Shown here in pieces: positions 1 through 12,292 of a DNA stretch of 64,000 bases (the stretch's first letter is position 1; each line of letters starts with the position of its first letter). The DNA comes from Octopus vulgaris. Taxonomy: Eukaryota. Made by a program: the position numbers and the translations under genes. The notes below the pieces were generated by a model. It was not told the origin of the DNA. It did not search any database and saw nothing but the letters and a program-made list of their open reading frames with translations. The stretch is from assembly GCA_951406725.2 (NCBI GenBank), contig OX597832.1, positions 32,178,001 through 32,242,000 on the forward strand, written 5' to 3'.

Positions 1-331
1 CCAAAGATGGAGAAGTAAAGTCCAGATAGAGCGAGCGAGAGCGATATATGTCGTGGTGTGTTGAAGTGATTTCCCATCAAAGGAAGAATCCAGTATAATC
101 CATGGGTAGGAGAGGTGCAGCAGATGTCTAGGAGTGTAGGAGAGTAGAAGAAAGTCCAGGTAGAAAATCCAGGTAGACTAGTCCAAGGAGAGCTCGAAGT
201 GTTATGACGTAGAGATAGGATAAAACTGGTGCGACCATGTGAACAGGTAATATATAGTGAGAATTTATTAAAAAAAACGAAAACAAAAACAAAAGATGAA
301 GGCGGGTGTGTAAACAACAAACGCTCGGGAA

Positions 332-390
<59 letters not shown>

Positions 391-1659
391 GTGTGTATGT
401 GTGTGTTTGTGTATTTATGTGTGCGTATACCCTTATTCAAAAAGGGTACGATTTTTTCGAAACGCTGGTAAAAACTACTCACCCGTAAGCGTTTTATAAA
501 TCAATATCGTGTTAGAGGTACAACAAACATCAAATTAAGCAAAACCAAACCCCAAAAACCCTGTAAAATCACAAGGAAAAATAGCGTTTGAGAATGAAAA
601 AATATAAATATACTACTAAAAGGAATACATACCCAGCGAGGATGAGGCCCAGCTGTAACTTCATTCAATGCAAACATCAACCTAAGTTTTGTTTAAATAC
701 AATTTTTGTGAAATTTTGGAGCTATCAGGAATTAGTTATGTTGCCAAACGCCGCGCAAATGACGGGTTGAAAGAGAAGAGTAGAGAAGAAGCTCAAACTA
801 ATACACAGACTTAATTCAATCATCTACAACGATGATAATAAACGATCAAATATTTGAAAATTTATAAACGAAATCATTAGATGAGGCTAATAATTTTGCT
901 TTGTATATTCGCGGCAATTTAATGGCAGACATTTGCATGAGGAACTGAGTGTAAATATTGTTTTATTTTAATAAAGATTTTGCTGTTATTTTCTCGTTAT
1001 TAGTAATTGTTTTAACGAAGGAATGATAATAGATACCTTCAATGTAATTCTATTAATATTCATCGCCTTTCAGTTGTCTGCTAGTTTCCTACAAGTCCAT
1101 TAAGTCGATAGTGACGTGAACTCATTTTCTATCATCGCATACAGATGGCTACCATGACATTCTGTTTTATTTACATAAATTTCAAGTAAAATTTCCTTTG
1201 AAGATGAATATTTTGTTAAAATCATAATTCTTCTTTCTTAACCTGTTGCATACATATAGTTTCATAATATATTGGGATAGGTTTTATCACTTGAATATTT
1301 CTTCTTGTTGTAAAGTGTTTTGTAGACTCTACAAATATGATATCTTATACTCATCATGGATTTATAGCATCCTCTAACCTCTTTCTAGCAGACCACATGG
1401 ACACCAGCTCCAGGGGTAATTTCCCCTAGGCTTTGCACTTTCTATTTCTTTTTTTTTTACTTTTCTTCATGCTGTCAATGTCGTTTCGTCTCCCTCCTGT
1501 CCTTTCCCTCACCACATTGTATGAGCAAGTACAATGATTGATACGTTATAACGATCAACACTTTCCACTTCGTATTTCTATGAAATTACTATGATAGCCG
1601 ATTGGCAGCTGACGAGGGAAGATCCTGGAATTTGATTATCTTCACTGCATGTTGAAATC

Positions 1660-2480
1660 TTTAAAAAAAGTTTCATTGTATGATATAGATATAATTGTTG
1701 ATGCCGAATCAGAATTTGTTATTCATTTATTCCATAAAAAATTTGAGAAAATGTAAAAGGTGTTCAAAGTTTGATAATTTTCTGACTTTTCAGCCAATCA
1801 GAAAACAACACATTCGCTGCTTCTTCCATCGTCTGTCATGATGATGGAAGAGGCAGCGAGAAGTGGGGTACTGGTATGTCAGAACATTAAACTAGCTACA
1901 GTAAACAGTGAAAAATACTAAAAGATTTGCGGGCAAATTAAATTTTTAAAAGCTAGAAGCAAACCAACAGGCGTTGCTAGAAGTAGCAGTCAAAATATTG
2001 CCTAAAACAGACATTTGATAGTTAAAAATTCAAGAACGGAATTTTGCAAGGCCCTCTAGGATTATCTTCCTCATACCCCTTTATCTACATAAATTCATAA
2101 AAATAAGAGTCAACCATTAAACGCTGTGTCCCGAACCGGCGTTTGTTTTCACACTTTTAAGATGTCCAGTTATTCGAAATTTCTTGATTACGCTCAACTT
2201 GGAGGTTATACTACTTGTGCGCATGCACAACATCTTTGGTTACTATGGAGACAGAGTTCTTCGTAATCAGCTGCAGAACATGTGGTGCTTCTTTGCTTAA
2301 CATGCTAACAGAACTTGACGGTGATGTCTACAATACTCGCTTCTGATTGACTGAATACCGAAAGTTTGCAAATTTTGAAGGTAATAACTTTTTAATTATG
2401 AATTTATAGGGAAAATGAATTCCTTTTTCATAATTAGCACATAAAACTTAATCTATATACGAAATTTGAAAACAATTAGA
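1660..2480. mobile_element. Possible old MITE/DNA transposon with degenerate inverted ends
   Basis: ttcagccaatcagaa (~1789) is inverted to ttctgattgactgaa (2341), with weaker inverted similarity extending outward on both sides. Confidence 0.35.
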
Positions 2481-2599
2481 ATAAAATTGTAGACAGTGAC
2501 GATGACCACAAAGGTCTTTTTATGCTCATATATTTTCATTTATCGAATCTTTGTTTCTTTTTCACTATTTTTCATTTTGTCAAATACTTGAAATAACTA

Positions 2600-3921
2600 C
2601 AGGGAAGTGGGGCAAAATTGGTAACTGGGGCAAAATGAGTTATTTCCAATTCCTCATTACTTTCTTATTACTTGTCTGACAACATTACATTGCAAGTATT
2701 GCATCACCATTTCGTACTCTTGCATCATCTTTGAGAGTAAATAAACATCGGTCTCAATTGTTGTTGTTGTAGTTGAAGCATTTTGAAACGATCAAGTAAC
2801 GGGTACTTGATTTTCAAGAAAGTTTCCCTTAAATTTGTCCCAGGTGTAATTCAGGTGGCTAATAAAATATTTAAATAATTTTGGATGTTCAGCAATCCAA
2901 ATTCTTCCCTCTGTCGGGTTCCAAGTCAATGTTTCCCACACTAATGTCTGATTTGCTAATTTTCAATTTTCAAAAACTGCAGTCTAAACTGGGGCAAAAT
3001 GAGTAAGGACTAATTCCAGTAATCTCTTGTCTTTAACTTCATGGTGCGTAAATGTATCGGGAAGAGAGCCAGAGGGAATTCTGTTTTAAGCACTCCATAT
3101 AACATCTCATAACTTTTTCTAGTTTTAGCAATTTTCAGGAAAGTTTTACGAATTTGTATTCTGTACGTGGGATTCTGTACAACTAATTTTTTAAAGAGGA
3201 ATTTTTTGTCTGATTTAAGGGCTATTTAGCTATTATCTATAGCACATCTCACGACCACCTGGCACTCTCCTTTTGTCTTTGTCACTCTGACATATTGGTG
3301 TTTTTAATATCTTTCTTCCCATAAACACGTTCAATAGACGACAATTGCTCGGATTGAAGTCAAAATTTAGGACTGTCTGTAATAAAAAAAAAACAGAAAA
3401 TTAAAAACAAATTTTTCATAGTTCTTTGAATTCTCGTGTGCTTTGAGAATGTCTAAACTTTCAAAAGTTATGAGGGGTTAGATGAGATGCTGAAACTAGA
3501 ATTCTGTAGAAAAACCACTCCAACAGCCATAGAGAATATTGTGTTGATTTTCGTTGATTTAGTCAAGTTTTGTTAATTTCATATTACGCCGTTTTTCCAT
3601 GATTCCGTTTCATTTGATCTCGATATTAATGCGTATGAGATGTTTTTCAAATGTAATTCTGGAGAACTGAAGAGGGAAATTTATTTTACCTTGTCATACT
3701 TATTTTGACTCGTCTAAATTTGCTTTTTTTTTTTATAAGAGAACGGAGATAATTTTCTGAAATAGTGTTCTGAATATGTTACTGAGATTTTTTAATGCAT
3801 TTAGAGAAAGTCATTCGCTTAGCTGATGTAGTTTTTGCTAGAGAGCAAACATTTATAAAAATATTTTTTCTTCAAAGTTAAAAATAAAGTAAATATTACT
3901 CATTGTGCCCCACGAACCCTC
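2600..3921 (+). mobile_element. Internally deleted pogo-like DNA transposon (non-autonomous)
   Basis: The left end TA-cagggaagtggggcaaaat matches the right-end reverse complement agggttcgtggggcacaatgagt. The subterminal motif tggggcaaaatgagt is repeated at ~2626 and ~2990. A remnant start MVRKCIGKRARGN lies at 3041. Confidence 0.62.
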
Positions 3922-4107
3922 ACTGAAAACAGGAAAAACAGACCTTCGGACTATTATTTATTATTAAGGCAACAAAGTCTGACTGCTACACTTCTCAGTC
4001 TTTAATCATGAGTGATCAGACAGCCGCAGCCGTCTCTGTGTGATCTCCTCGCTAACCTTCGTCAGGCCTCCATAAAGGCAATTCATTTGTCATATTCTTT
4101 CATATTA

Positions 4108-4262
4108 GACACTTTATTTCACGTTGCCCCAGTCCACTCAACTGGCAAAAATGAGTTGTACCTGTATTTCAAAGGGCCAGCCTTGTCCCACTCTGTGTCA
4201 CGCTGAATCTCCCCACGAGAACTACATTAAGGGTACACGTATCTGTGGAATACTCAGCCACT
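4108..4262 (+). mobile_element. SINE central-domain fragment
   Basis: cactttatttcacgttgccccagtccactcaactggcaaaaatgagt resembles the conserved central domains of metazoan tRNA-SINEs. No head is present. Confidence 0.45.
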
Positions 4263-4753
4263 ATCGTTTGGAATACTCAGCCATTATAGTTTTACTTCTC
4301 AGAACATTCGGTCTTGTTTGTTCAAATAGGTTCTGTGAGAGCGAACAGCAGCCTGCTGTCATTGGTTTAACAGGGTCTCTTACCTCACTTTATAAGCTTT
4401 GATACTTAGTTCGTAATCATCGTGTGAGACATTCTTCATCCAAGCACCAATCTCGTAAACCTAGCTGCCCCAAACAGAGCAGTCTTTGGGGCTTGCTCTA
4501 CTTTCACGTCAATTCCGATTTCTTTCACGTAGCCGTCGTAGGGAAACACGCGATGCTCTATCGTCCACTGCACCAAGGCTTCAATCGAAAAGAAAAAAAT
4601 TCCAAGACAACAAAGACCGAATGCTACCTGTCGGATATATGTCCCTCTCATTCGGGCTCAGTAATACCCTTTTCAAAAACGTCTTCCTCTCTATCCCACT
4701 CTGAACATGCGTATATGTGTGTGTGTGTCACACACATAGATTAATAGCCACGA

Positions 4754-4818
<65 letters not shown>

Positions 4819-4898
4819 TACCCACACATACACACACATACCTCCTTCTCTTGCACTCTCCTGTCTTTGCAAGAACATTTTCTTCACCCACTTCCTTC

Positions 4899-5114
4899 CG
4901 GTTATTTAAAATGTGACCGCGTGTGTATCGTTGGCGATTTTTTTCCTCCGTCTTCCCTTCCTCGGATTTTTCATTTTCCTATGGTTCTGACGAAGAGCTC
5001 CGCTCGAAACGTTAAACCATCTTCTTTCTTTCCTTTTCAGAGCGTCCAATAATACTATACTTGTTCCACGTCCTCGCGTTGTTGTGTTTTCTCTTTGTGT
5101 TTTCATTTTTGGAT

Positions 5115-5119
<5 letters not shown>
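4899..5119 (+). mobile_element. ~220 bp hammerhead-bearing non-coding element (Penelope-like terminal repeat or retrozyme), 3' end abutting (TA)n
   Basis: A second copy is inverted at 16672-16893 with the same ends. Hammerhead fold at 4981-5020. Confidence 0.78.
4981..5020 (+). ncRNA. Minimal type I hammerhead ribozyme motif
   Basis: Stem I AUGGUU/AACCAU; core CUGACGA(A); stem II GAGC-UCC-GCUC; GAAA; loopless palindromic stem III ACGU. Confidence 0.68.
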
Positions 5120-5153
<34 letters not shown>

Positions 5154-5156
5154 ATC

Positions 5157-5560
5157 GGTAGGTATGTAGGTAGGTAGGTAGGTAGTAGGGTGGGTTATTG
5201 GGTTCGTAAATAATACACCGGTAGGAAACCAGCTGGAGGGGAAACACCCACATACACACTCAAATATACCATCGCAGATACACTCACAGACATATATACG
5301 TGCCTATATATGCACACACAAACATATCTACGTGCATACACAAACAGTTATAAATATACATATATTTATAATGTGCGTAGATATATGAGAGTGCATATAT
5401 AGGCACGTATATATGTCTGTGTGTGTATCAGTGATACTACAGAGATATATTTGAGTGGTTATATGGATGTTTCCCCTCCAGCTGGTTTCCTACTGGTACA
5501 TTATTTACGAATCCAATAACCCACCCAACTACCTACCTACCTACCTACCTACCTACCTAC
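5157..5560. repeat. ~400 bp imperfect palindrome centred at 5359/5360
   Basis: gggtgggttattgggttcgtaaataatacaccggtaggaaaccagctggaggggaaaca (left) is inverted to tgtttcccctccagctggtttcctactggtacattatttacgaatccaataacccaccc (right). The centre is ttataaatata-ca-tatatttataa. Confidence 0.92.
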
Positions 5561-5960
5561 CTACCTACCTACCTACCTACCTACCTACCTACCTACCTAC
5601 CTACCTACCTACCTACCTACCTACCTACCTACCTACCTACCTACCTACCTACCTACCTACCTACCTACCTATCTACCTACCTACCTACCTACCTACCTAC
5701 CTACCTACCTACCTACCTACCTACTTAACTACCTACATACATACATATATATATACCTACCTACCTACTTACACACCCACCTACCTACTTACCTACCTAC
5801 CTACCTAACTCCCTTCTTACATACCTAGCTACCAATCTTCCTACCTACCTACCTTCCTACTTACATACCTAGCTAGCTAGCTACCTACCTACTTACCTAT
5901 CTACATACATGCATACGTACATGCATACCTACATACATACATATATACCTACCTACCTAC
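5529..5960. repeat. (CCTA)n tetranucleotide array degrading into (CATA)n
   Basis: Directly visible; source of the LPTY ORF. Confidence 0.97.
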
Positions 5961-7546
5961 ACACATGCATACCTACGTACATGCATACCCCAATATCCAC
6001 CTCCCTAATTCCACATTTACATATTTATTTCCTCATCCAGTTATCACGATTTTTTTTCCCTCCGTCCTGCTTCTTTTCGTATTTCAATCGATAACGTGAA
6101 GTTCCTATTTCACCTACAGCGATATAATTACGGTGCACTCGAATCACATAAGCAGTTAACTATAAATAATAACACTAAAAAAGGAAATTACTGATTTCTC
6201 CACCTTACAACCATCGACATTTGTTAATCAGTTCTCGTACAAGAATGCAGCGATTTAATTAACTTCACCACCATTTTTTTCACGTATTAAATGGGAAAAT
6301 CATGGCAACGTGTGGTGCTATTGTGTTCTGTGTTACTATATCGCTGTAACATATATAACAGAGTATGTAATCTTGTAATTTAAAATAAGTTTCGCATTTC
6401 TTCGTGTTTAAATAAATCCGAGACATTATTTGTAGGGACGTGTTTGTTTAGACGCCATTGGGTTTAACTAGATTAAGGGAATGAGTAAGTAGTTTTTTAC
6501 AGGTATATGAGGAAAATACATTGACAAGCAGGTGAACAACAAGAATACAATAAAACATACATATCAACATGTATAGAGTGGCATGTGTATGTGCGGGCGC
6601 ATTAACCTTCTCCTAACCAACGCAACACATACATATAATTATCTGAACCAGAAAGACCAGAAAGACAGAATGAATTGTCGTTGAATGTTTATCGTAACAG
6701 CCGCTGTAGCAGTGAGAGGAAGAACAACAATGGACAACTGTTGGGAAACCTGAGTCACCACAACAGTGAATATACATTCCCATATGTTCCAAAATCATTA
6801 ATACACTTTTACATATTAGTAATTGTCTAAGTGACAAAAGGGAAAGCCAGGATTTTGAAATAAAGATAAAGGTAGACCAACTCGAATTTTACAGTTATGA
6901 ATATTTAAATGGAATTGTAAGATTTTAAAGCTTTGATATTCGATAAGCAACAATTGTAGATGTTACATATCGAACAATGTTTGTCAAGAGAAAGGGCCTT
7001 TTGTTTCTTTCTTAGAAAGCAGTTCCCTAATTCTAGGAAGAGTATTAATAAATATGAAAGCGCAGGCATACGTATGCCAGCATCGAGTGTCAGGCGCTTG
7101 GTTTCACAAAATGAGAAACAAAGCAATGTAGAAATTGACACGTGACTAAGAAAATATGTAAAAATAGTTGAGGAGTTTAACATGTAATAGATATTAATAT
7201 GCAAGCATGTGCGGGAAAAATGTTCAGATTATGTGGGCACGTATGTGTTTACCTGTGTGAATGTGTGTGTGTACCTATTTTGGTATGGTATCGTCAGTGT
7301 CCTAGAAAACAGATCACTATCCACTTGGCATACTCGAAATAATTCCGCTGACAAAATGATGACTTCAATTCTTTCAAAAACGTTCCAGAAATTAAACATA
7401 GATTTTCTATCAATAATTTTTATCCGTTGCTCAAGGAAATTATAAATGTGGGAAAATTTCTTGTTTAAGTATGAAAAGTTATACATTCGGCGTTTTCCAG
7501 CCCACCGCGCACACAGACACACACACATATATATATATGTATAGAT

Positions 7547-7795
7547 CAATAAGAAAATGGAGGGGCTCAATAGGTTGTTCATCAACTTTTAGACATTATA
7601 TTATATGTCAACTTATTTATTTACTAAAATGACAATTACAAGAATATACATACATGTATAACATGAAGCATAATATGTTATACATGTATGTATATTCCTG
7701 TAATTTTCATTTTAGTAAATAGATAAATAAGTTGACATAATATAATGCCTAAAAGTTGATGAACCACCTATTGATTCCCTTCCATTTTCTTATTG
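7547..7795. repeat. ~250 bp imperfect palindrome, 10 nt loop
   Basis: Arms at 7547-7664 and 7675-7795 (caataagaaaatgga...catgtataacat / atgttatacatg...tccattttcttattg). Confidence 0.93.
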
Positions 7796-7998
7796 CTTTC
7801 TAAATTAATGGTAAAATATCTCTTTACCTTCACCAATTTAGTACACTAGGTAATGTAATTGCAATGCAATAATAAAAAAACACTTGTGTATTAATAACTG
7901 GGTATTCTACCAGCAGTATATTGGATAGATATTATCCCTTGGATTCACAACCTCTAACTTTCTTGGATTTATATATAGGTATATATATATATATGTAT

Positions 7999-8260
7999 GT
8001 GGGCGCTTGGACTAGTGGTTGCACTTACGATGCAGCGATCGTGATTTCGTTTCCTGGACAGAGTGGTACGTTGTGTTCTGGAGTAGAATACTTCATCCCA
8101 CGTTGCTTCGCGACCACTTCAACACCTGATGCGAGGCACACCTGTGCACCTGTTCAGACTACATCGATTTGATGGGGGAAAAATGAAATAATGTACGGCA
8201 CAGAAACACTAGAAACAAATCAGTTCTGCAGTCCATTCAGCAAAAGCTGAACTCTCATAT
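7999..8260 (+). mobile_element. tRNA-headed SINE family D
   Basis: ctagtggttg head and gtggtacgttgtgttctgg..cacgttgct..cctgttcagactacatcgatttgatgg. An inverted relative lies at 10600-10776. Confidence 0.65.
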
Positions 8261-8263
8261 TTA

Positions 8264-8358
8264 TGTGGTACCTTGGGCAAGTATCTTCAACTATAGCCTC
8301 AGGCCGACCGAAGCCTTGTGAGTGTATTTGGTTGACGGAAACTGAAAGAAGCCCGTCG

Positions 8359-8417
<59 letters not shown>

Positions 8418-8608
8418 ATGTGTATGTTTGTTCCTCCCTAACCATCGCTTGACAACCGTAACCTAGCGGTTCGGCAAAAGAGACCGATAGAATGAGTACA
8501 ATGCTTACAAAGAATAAGTACTGGGGTCGATTCGTTCGACTAAAGGCGATACTCCAGCATGGCCGCAGTCAAATGATTGAAACAAATAAAAGAATAAAAG
8601 AGAGTAAA
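8264..8608 (+). mobile_element. SINE family C with internal (TA)n(TG)n microsatellite
   Basis: ccttgggcaagtatcttc..gacggaaactgaaagaagcccgtcg-(TA)n(TG)n-catcgcttgacaacc..gcggttcggcaaaagagaccgatagaat..ctccagcatggccgcagtc. Parts recur at 10405-10460, 17140-17358, 36126-36287(-) and 45495-45633(-). Confidence 0.85.
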
Positions 8609-8666
8609 GAGTAATACCCATACGCATATACATGTGAGTGTACATATACAATATACCTACTCACTC

Positions 8667-8734
<68 letters not shown>

Positions 8735-9214
8735 GTATGTATATAGATACATGCATAGTAATATGCATACATATAACCACACATAAAACACACACACACA
8801 CACACACCTGAATACACACCTGAATACACACTCACACCTAAACACACTGAGAGGCGTCAAGCTCCCCGTTCCGCCCACACAAGGAAAGACTGATTGAGTG
8901 CGAAACCGCAAAAGAAAGAAAACTCCGCTGTTTCTAATTACAACGTTAATAGGTTATTTATAGCAATTAATTATATTCGGTGAAAGGCAAAGTCATATGT
9001 TAGACGTCTTCTATATTCCGTTCCGTCTCTGTTCCTCTTCTTCGTTTTATCTTCTTGTTCTCTTATTCAGCTGCAACAAATAAAGTTCATCCTTTGTACA
9101 ATCGCTTATTCTTCCTGCTCCATTCTTCTATTCGTTTATTCTTTACTTACTTACCACCTATTTATGTTCAGTTTATCTTTTTAACTTTCACACAGACTAT
9201 TCTTGTTCAAGTCC

Positions 9215-9248
<34 letters not shown>

Positions 9249-9565
9249 TTATATATATTTTTTTATTATTATTAAGTATTATAATATTGTGTGTATATAT
9301 ATATGCGAATATACACCGGTGTGTATATGTATTTGTGTTAACCCTAGTCAGTGTGATGGTCGGTTAAAATAACCACAAAACGCACACATTCCATGGTATT
9401 GAGTACTATGCTGAAATTCTTGTCTGTACATACACTACACACACACACACATATATATATATATACTTAACGCACGCACACACACACACACATATATATG
9501 TATGCGTATATATATGTGTGTGGTGTATATATATATACATATATATGTTCATGTACATGTATATA

Positions 9566-9772
9566 TGTGAGCTGGCAGAATCGTTAGCACGCTGGGTGAA
9601 ATGCTTAGCGGTACTTCGTCTGCCGTTACGTTCTGAGTTCACATTCTGACGAGGTCGACTTTGCCTTTCATTCTTTCGGGGTCGCTTAAATAAGTACCAG
9701 CTTAACTTAATCACTTTGTCTGTCCTTTTTTGTCCACTCTGTGTTTAGTCCCCTGTGGGCAATCAAGAAATA
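9566..9772 (+). mobile_element. tRNA-headed SINE, tail type A
   Basis: gagctggcagaatcgttagc head, B-box-like gagttcacattct, core gaggtcgactttgcctttcat, tail tgtgtttagtcccctgtgggc. Multiple copies in the window. Confidence 0.88.
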
Positions 9773-10599
9773 TATATGAACCTTCGTCACAAGAGAGCTC
9801 GTAGCTAACATAATTCTATGTAAAACCCTTGTTCTGAGTAGATTAGGTTATTGTTTCACAGCTGTATTCTCTTAACACATCCGGTCTCATAGAAGAAATT
9901 GAAGTGATACAACCTACGCTCACCGGTAAAATACCATCAGTTAAAAGCTTTAATCACTAGAACACCTGAACGCTCTACGTATCTTCTGTATTGAAATCCG
10001 AACAGAGATAGAGAGAGAGAGAGAGAGATGTACTAGCGCTGACATTTGGAAAATCCTAGAGGAGCATGTTCTATACTTCGGCTTTAGAGAGATCTTAAAT
10101 ACACGAAGTGCCTGACGCTCTCAGCTTCCAAATTTATCCGTTTTAAAATCACGGACAAAACCACTCTATCGTACCTGTCTCATACGTAGAGATCCTCAAC
10201 TGCTCAACTACTTATCTAAAGAAATCAGAAGTATAAAAGGAACGTCCGGTGAAACAGTAAAACAGAAAAAAACAAACAAAACATTGCATGAACTTCTAAC
10301 GATGATACCTGACGATGCAATCATTCCGAGATAACGTTCAGAGTAGATCGGCTGCAAAAATATTCGATCATAGAAAAAATTCCTGCCATAAAGGAAGTAC
10401 AAACCGTTAAGGCGGTGCTCCAGCATGACCGCGGTCCTACGACTGAAACCATTAGAAGAATACAATAATATCCTTAGACATATTATGTGTAGGTATATAT
10501 AACACTTGACACCTAACGCTGCAAGATTTTTTCTCGTGTTCTTTTCTTTTGAAGAGCGTAGGCTCGAAATTTAAAAGACTTTTGCCGAACGATCACGTG

Positions 10600-10776
10600 T
10601 GTGTGTGCTATACATTAGTTCACTCCTTCCATTAAATCGACGTTGTCTGAACAAGTGCAGGATGCATCACACGTCAGGTGATCGCAGAGCAACATGAGAT
10701 TGAGTATTTTGATCAAGAATACAACGCACCACCCAGGTCTAGGAATCCAAACATCCCAACCACTAGGCTGTGCATC
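10600..10776 (-). mobile_element. tRNA-headed SINE family D, inverted copy
   Basis: The reverse complement gcctagtggttgg..gtggtgcgttgtattcttg..catgttgctctgcgatcac..cttgttcagacaacgtcgatttaatgg aligns to 8010-8176. Confidence 0.65.
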
Positions 10777-10798
10777 ATCATATATATGTATGTGTGTA

Positions 10799-10854
10799 TT
10801 CCACTGACGAGGCAAAGCATTCCTAATGCAAAGCCAGAAATCCAAGATCTGGAA
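10799..10854 (+). ncRNA. Type I hammerhead ribozyme motif
   Basis: Stem I UUCCA/UGGAA; core CUGACGA; stem II GGC..GCAUU-CCU-AAUGC..GCC; (A)GAAA; stem III AUC-CAA-GAU; cleavage triplet AUC at 10847-10849. Confidence 0.72.
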
Positions 10855-10999
10855 CTATCCAGTAATCTTTTACTAGTTTCGTCTTGTCTCTTCGTCTTCT
10901 CTGTTGCTATATGGACAATTAAAGTGGTTTTACAGACTGGTCATGACTGCTATTTTCAGCATGGTGGTATCACGTAGATACCCTAATTTATAATTTTAA

Positions 11000-11057
<58 letters not shown>

Positions 11058-12174
11058 CAATGGATTGCGCAGAGAGTATACTAAAAATTAAGAGCATTCG
11101 TTCCGCACATAATCCTTCAATAGGAACCCATGTGGTTCCCTATTAAGGAAAGTTGCTTTTATAGTGTTCAACAGTCATTAGCATTCGCCGTCTGATTTTT
11201 AAGAAACAGAAATAGCCATCTTCCAACAGCAGCTCTTGATGTGAATCAACCAATCAGAAGGAGACTTAGTTATCCTGCAATGCGAAATAAGCGAACACAG
11301 AAGCTGAGGGAATCATATTAACTGGAAGCAAGCTTCCGTTTGATTGAGAGAGTTTTGTTTTCTAAATTCTGTGCGATTCAACTAATGAGAATTTGAATCG
11401 TTTCGTCGAGGAAGGCAAAATAAACTCTACATGGAACATTAGAGCTTGTTTGTTCGTTTGCAAACACACACACACACACACACACACATCAAACGCATGT
11501 ATGTGTGTGAGTGTGTATGTGTGTGTAAGAGTGTGTTCGTTTCTGCGTATGTGTGTGCTTGTATACGTATTTATATTAAGTGTCAAAAGCTCTGTTTCAA
11601 AAAATTAGTTATCGCTCATTCTTGCCTTTCTCTGTATGTCATTCTCTCTCCTTCTCTCCTTCACTCACTCTCGCTCCTCCCCATATCCCCCTCCCTCTCT
11701 ATATAACTGCTAACACATATACCGGCGCGCACTCGCACCCGCCAAGACATACAGAATTTTCACAACCGAGGTTTCGTCTTCCTATTTTGTGCTATAATTA
11801 CTCATGCATTGTTGTGTACACGAGAAAATATTGCTAAAGATACTCTTGGAACATTTACTGTTTAGATATTAATATAGATTTAATTGACAACGGAGACGTT
11901 TGCACGCAAATTATACACACACACGCATACACATATATATACATATACATACATACACATAATCCCACGCTCAGAACCACACACTCGTTTATATACGTAC
12001 ATATAGCTCTATAGACTGTAGACTCTTCTTATATAGTGAGTGTTTGCATACATAGATACACACACGCACATAAATACGCGCGTACACATACACACACACA
12101 TATATATATACACATAGAAAGAGAGAGAGAGATACAGATATATACATATACACACACACTGTCACACACACACA

Positions 12175-12221
<47 letters not shown>

Positions 12222-12239
12222 GTGTATCTTTCTCCCAAT

Positions 12240-12292
<53 letters not shown>

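Noticed and set aside
1606-1640. CTGACGA followed by a short stem (similar partial cores at ~4063(-), 10309 and 40103(-))
   Set aside because: No correctly placed GAAA or stems I/III, so these cannot be supported as hammerheads.
5529-5900. (CCTA)n as an interstitial telomere
   Set aside because: The unit is TAGG, not TTAGGG or TTAGG, so it is an ordinary tetranucleotide microsatellite.
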